DNA from: Trichosphaerium sp. ATCC 40318
Lineage: Eukaryota; Protista; Tubulinea
Assembly: GCA_038496445.1 (NCBI GenBank)
Contig: JALMLS010000064.1
Location: 620,001-684,000 of the forward strand
DNA: 64,000 bases
Direction: 5' to 3'
Of this stretch, positions 61,543-64,000 are shown piece by piece. How positions within the stretch are numbered: the stretch's first letter is position 1; each line of letters starts with the position of its first letter. A model generated the notes under the pieces. It was not told the DNA's origin. It was given only the letters and a program-made list of their open reading frames with translations, and ran no database searches. Both the position numbers and the translations under genes were made by a program.

Positions 61543-64000
61543 ATGATACGGTTCGCCCGCGTTACCAACGCATCAAAAGGCAGTGCTAAGTTATACAACG
61601 CACAGAAAACTTTTGTTGATGCCGCATGGTACGTAGTGGGCGTAGTTATTCGCATTAATAGCGTTTTTAAACAGCAGTGAAGCAAATCAGCATACCCTTT
61701 CTGTAAAGGGCTTCTCTGGTAGTGGTACGTCGCTTACTACCTTGTGTTGCTTTTTGCGCTCATTTACAAACAGGTAAAACGACAGCAATGGTAGAGGCAG
61801 CTAGTTTATTGCGGGGTTAGTTACAGTAGTAATACTACATGCGTTATAACCTCCTGCGTAGAAAAAGGTCATAGTGTTGCTTATCTAACCCCAAACCCTC
61901 ATGAACTCATGGACGGCATGCCACTATCAGAACTTATAGGCGCTCAAACACCAGAACAATTTTTTTTCGAATATTTCTCAAGCGATGATCAAAGCTCACT
62001 TCCAACGTACTTTAACGATCTACACTTCAACAACGAGGTACATCACGCTCTTTCAAAATAAAATTAACAGATGGAATTGCAAAAGTTTGTCTAATGCTGT
62101 AGTTAGCCTTGGTGGGCTTGTCAAAACCTAGCAAGTAGTGTTACTAAGTTCACAGAAGCCCTTGATATATTAAAAACATATCCTACAAACAACAGCTTAG
62201 CAGGGAAATCTTACTCTATAAATGTTATGCGCACTTGCAAACATATACTTAAATCTAGAGAAAAAAGGCAAATTGGGACAATAGGTGGTGTTATGGGCAT
62301 CATACAATCAAGAGGTGATATCGGTATATGCTCAAAACAACAAAGAAAGGAATCCTTTGCGTTTGACAAAAAGTATATCTTTATAGACGATATTTCTCTT
62401 ACATCTAAAGATTTCTTCTCTTGGATAGATTCAAACAATACAGCGTAATGATATTTGAATAATTAAGTGAAACAAAGAAAATTTCTATTTGACACCACAT
62501 TTTGACATTCTTACTTTTTTCCTGTTTTGATTCTGTTTTTGTTTGACTTTTTTTACAGGACGCAAATAGTGCTTGCAGAGAGCTATTCTCCTCCTGCGGG
62601 GGCCGAAGATGTGCATAAAACTTTCAACTGGCAGAACGTCAGACAGTTCGTATTTACAAACACATGCACAACGACCGCTGTTCAACAAGCTTTATTAAAA
62701 ATGTCAGCTCTCATGTGGAAGATTATAACACCTATTCCGCCCGTCATTGTGGACAACACACGATCAAAGTTTGTTGGAAAGTACTACACATCTACACATA
62801 CGATGTACGAGGGTGTTCTAAAGCGTATTCAGGACAATATAGTTGCAGGAAACAAGCACAATGACATTTCAGTAATAGTAAATATTACAAGCATTCAAAA
62901 TTTGACACCAATCATTGAGTTTTTAAATTATAATGGCGTACCAACACAAACAAACCTTCTAATGGCGCAACCTCTAGTAAATGCTTTTCGGCAGGTTTTG
63001 GTACTGTACAACCTCAAAATGAAAAAAAAGGTTGTTGGCGCTACAGCTGCTTTAACAGACATTGCAAAGCATCTATTTCATATTAATACAGACGAGTGGC
63101 CTTTTCATCATTTATTAGATAAACATGTAATGTCAGCTGAACCTTTATGGACTACACTTAATGATCTTGTAAAGAGAAACAAGATGACCTTGTTTTTAGC
63201 AAATAAGAGGATAGGTGGATCTTCAAACGGAGGTGGAAAAGGACAACGTGATAAAACTTTAGCACAATTCCGAAGACAAGTAATAGAGCTTGTCGAACAA
63301 ATATGGAATATATTCACTGCTTTCAACACGAACGAACCAACAGACTACGCAGAAATGGTTGAGGTAACGACAAGTGTAGCCCCTTCTCTTTTTTTCACAA
63401 TTTTTTTTGTAGTTGGTTTATTTTGGATACAAAGAACGTACTGGTATGGTTGATGCAGATGTAGAGTACTTTATTGCGCTATTGAAAAAATGGCAGGTTG
63501 ATTTACCAGAAAATGATTCCGAGGATGCTCGACTGAGTATGTTATTGAATGTAGCATCATATAGCAGAGAAACTATTTCTCCTGTACGAATTCTCTTTTT
63601 TTATTCTTCTAACAAAACCAATTAAAGACCTCAACCTTATTTGTAGACAGCTGCAGATGCAAATATGGTAAAAATACGTGCTGGATTCCAGATACCAGAT
63701 CATAGGCCTATGAGTACTATAATGCTAGCTGTTTATGAGAACTTTCCACCACGTATGTTTTTACTACTGTTTTTATATTCTTGTTCTAATATCTTCCTAA
63801 GCAACAAGCGAAACAAAGCCTGTATGGGAAATACAACAAAGAATTTATCAGTGGATGAAGGTTACATCACGACACTTCACTATAATGAGTGTAGAGCAAT
63901 TTAACGCTCAATCAACTCATTTGGAATCTATTCTTACCAGTACACCTTTCTATACTTTTTTTTGTTGGAATTATTAACTTGGTACTCACTCTTTTCGGTT
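61543..64000 (+). CDS. UvrD/PcrA-like superfamily-1 helicase, divergent, truncated by the window end
   Basis: Spliced N-terminus MIRFARV...LYNAQKTFV (Q motif) and VKGFSGSG|KTT (Walker A across an intron). YIFIDDISLT is Walker-B-like; VLKRIQDNIVAG..HNDISVIV...LNYNGVP is 2A-like; ITTLH is motif-V-like. Confidence 0.6.

Noticed and set aside
461-63904. Alternative genetic code suggested by fragmented ORFs
   Set aside because: Apart from the MORN frameshift near 15352, the breaks I traced coincide with introns, and TAA, TAG and TGA all terminate conserved genes normally.

Overview
Gene-dense, AT-rich nuclear DNA from a microbial eukaryote (protist; amoebozoan-like gene content, but the taxon cannot be fixed from the window). 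Genes have many short (~40-110 nt) spliceosomal introns, so the ORF track shows only exon fragments; the gene models below were spliced by eye and some termini are approximate. Housekeeping genes: importin-alpha, GH47 mannosidase, DNMT1/MET1-type methyltransferase, Vps41, TMEM214-like, VAMP7, THOC7, RPL6, FANCE, VASt, two HAD hydrolases, CRAL-TRIO, YjjX-like NTPase, GCKR-like and a UvrD-like helicase. The accessory content is more interesting. (1) 2.9-17.5 kb is an inverted duplication of a convergent F-box-like/MORN + F-box/LRR gene pair. The two LRR copies differ mostly at the predicted ligand-binding face, and the arms enclose four more genes plus a tRNA-derived SINE with a perfect 15-bp target-site duplication. 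(2) Two distant paralogues (8.6-10.5 kb and 51.3-53.4 kb) share one architecture: four ~65-70-aa Trp-rich repeats fused to a C-terminal PD-(D/E)XK/RAP-like nuclease domain, a candidate modular repeat-guided nuclease family. (3) Several GC-AG introns, a structured long intron, and decayed local duplications.
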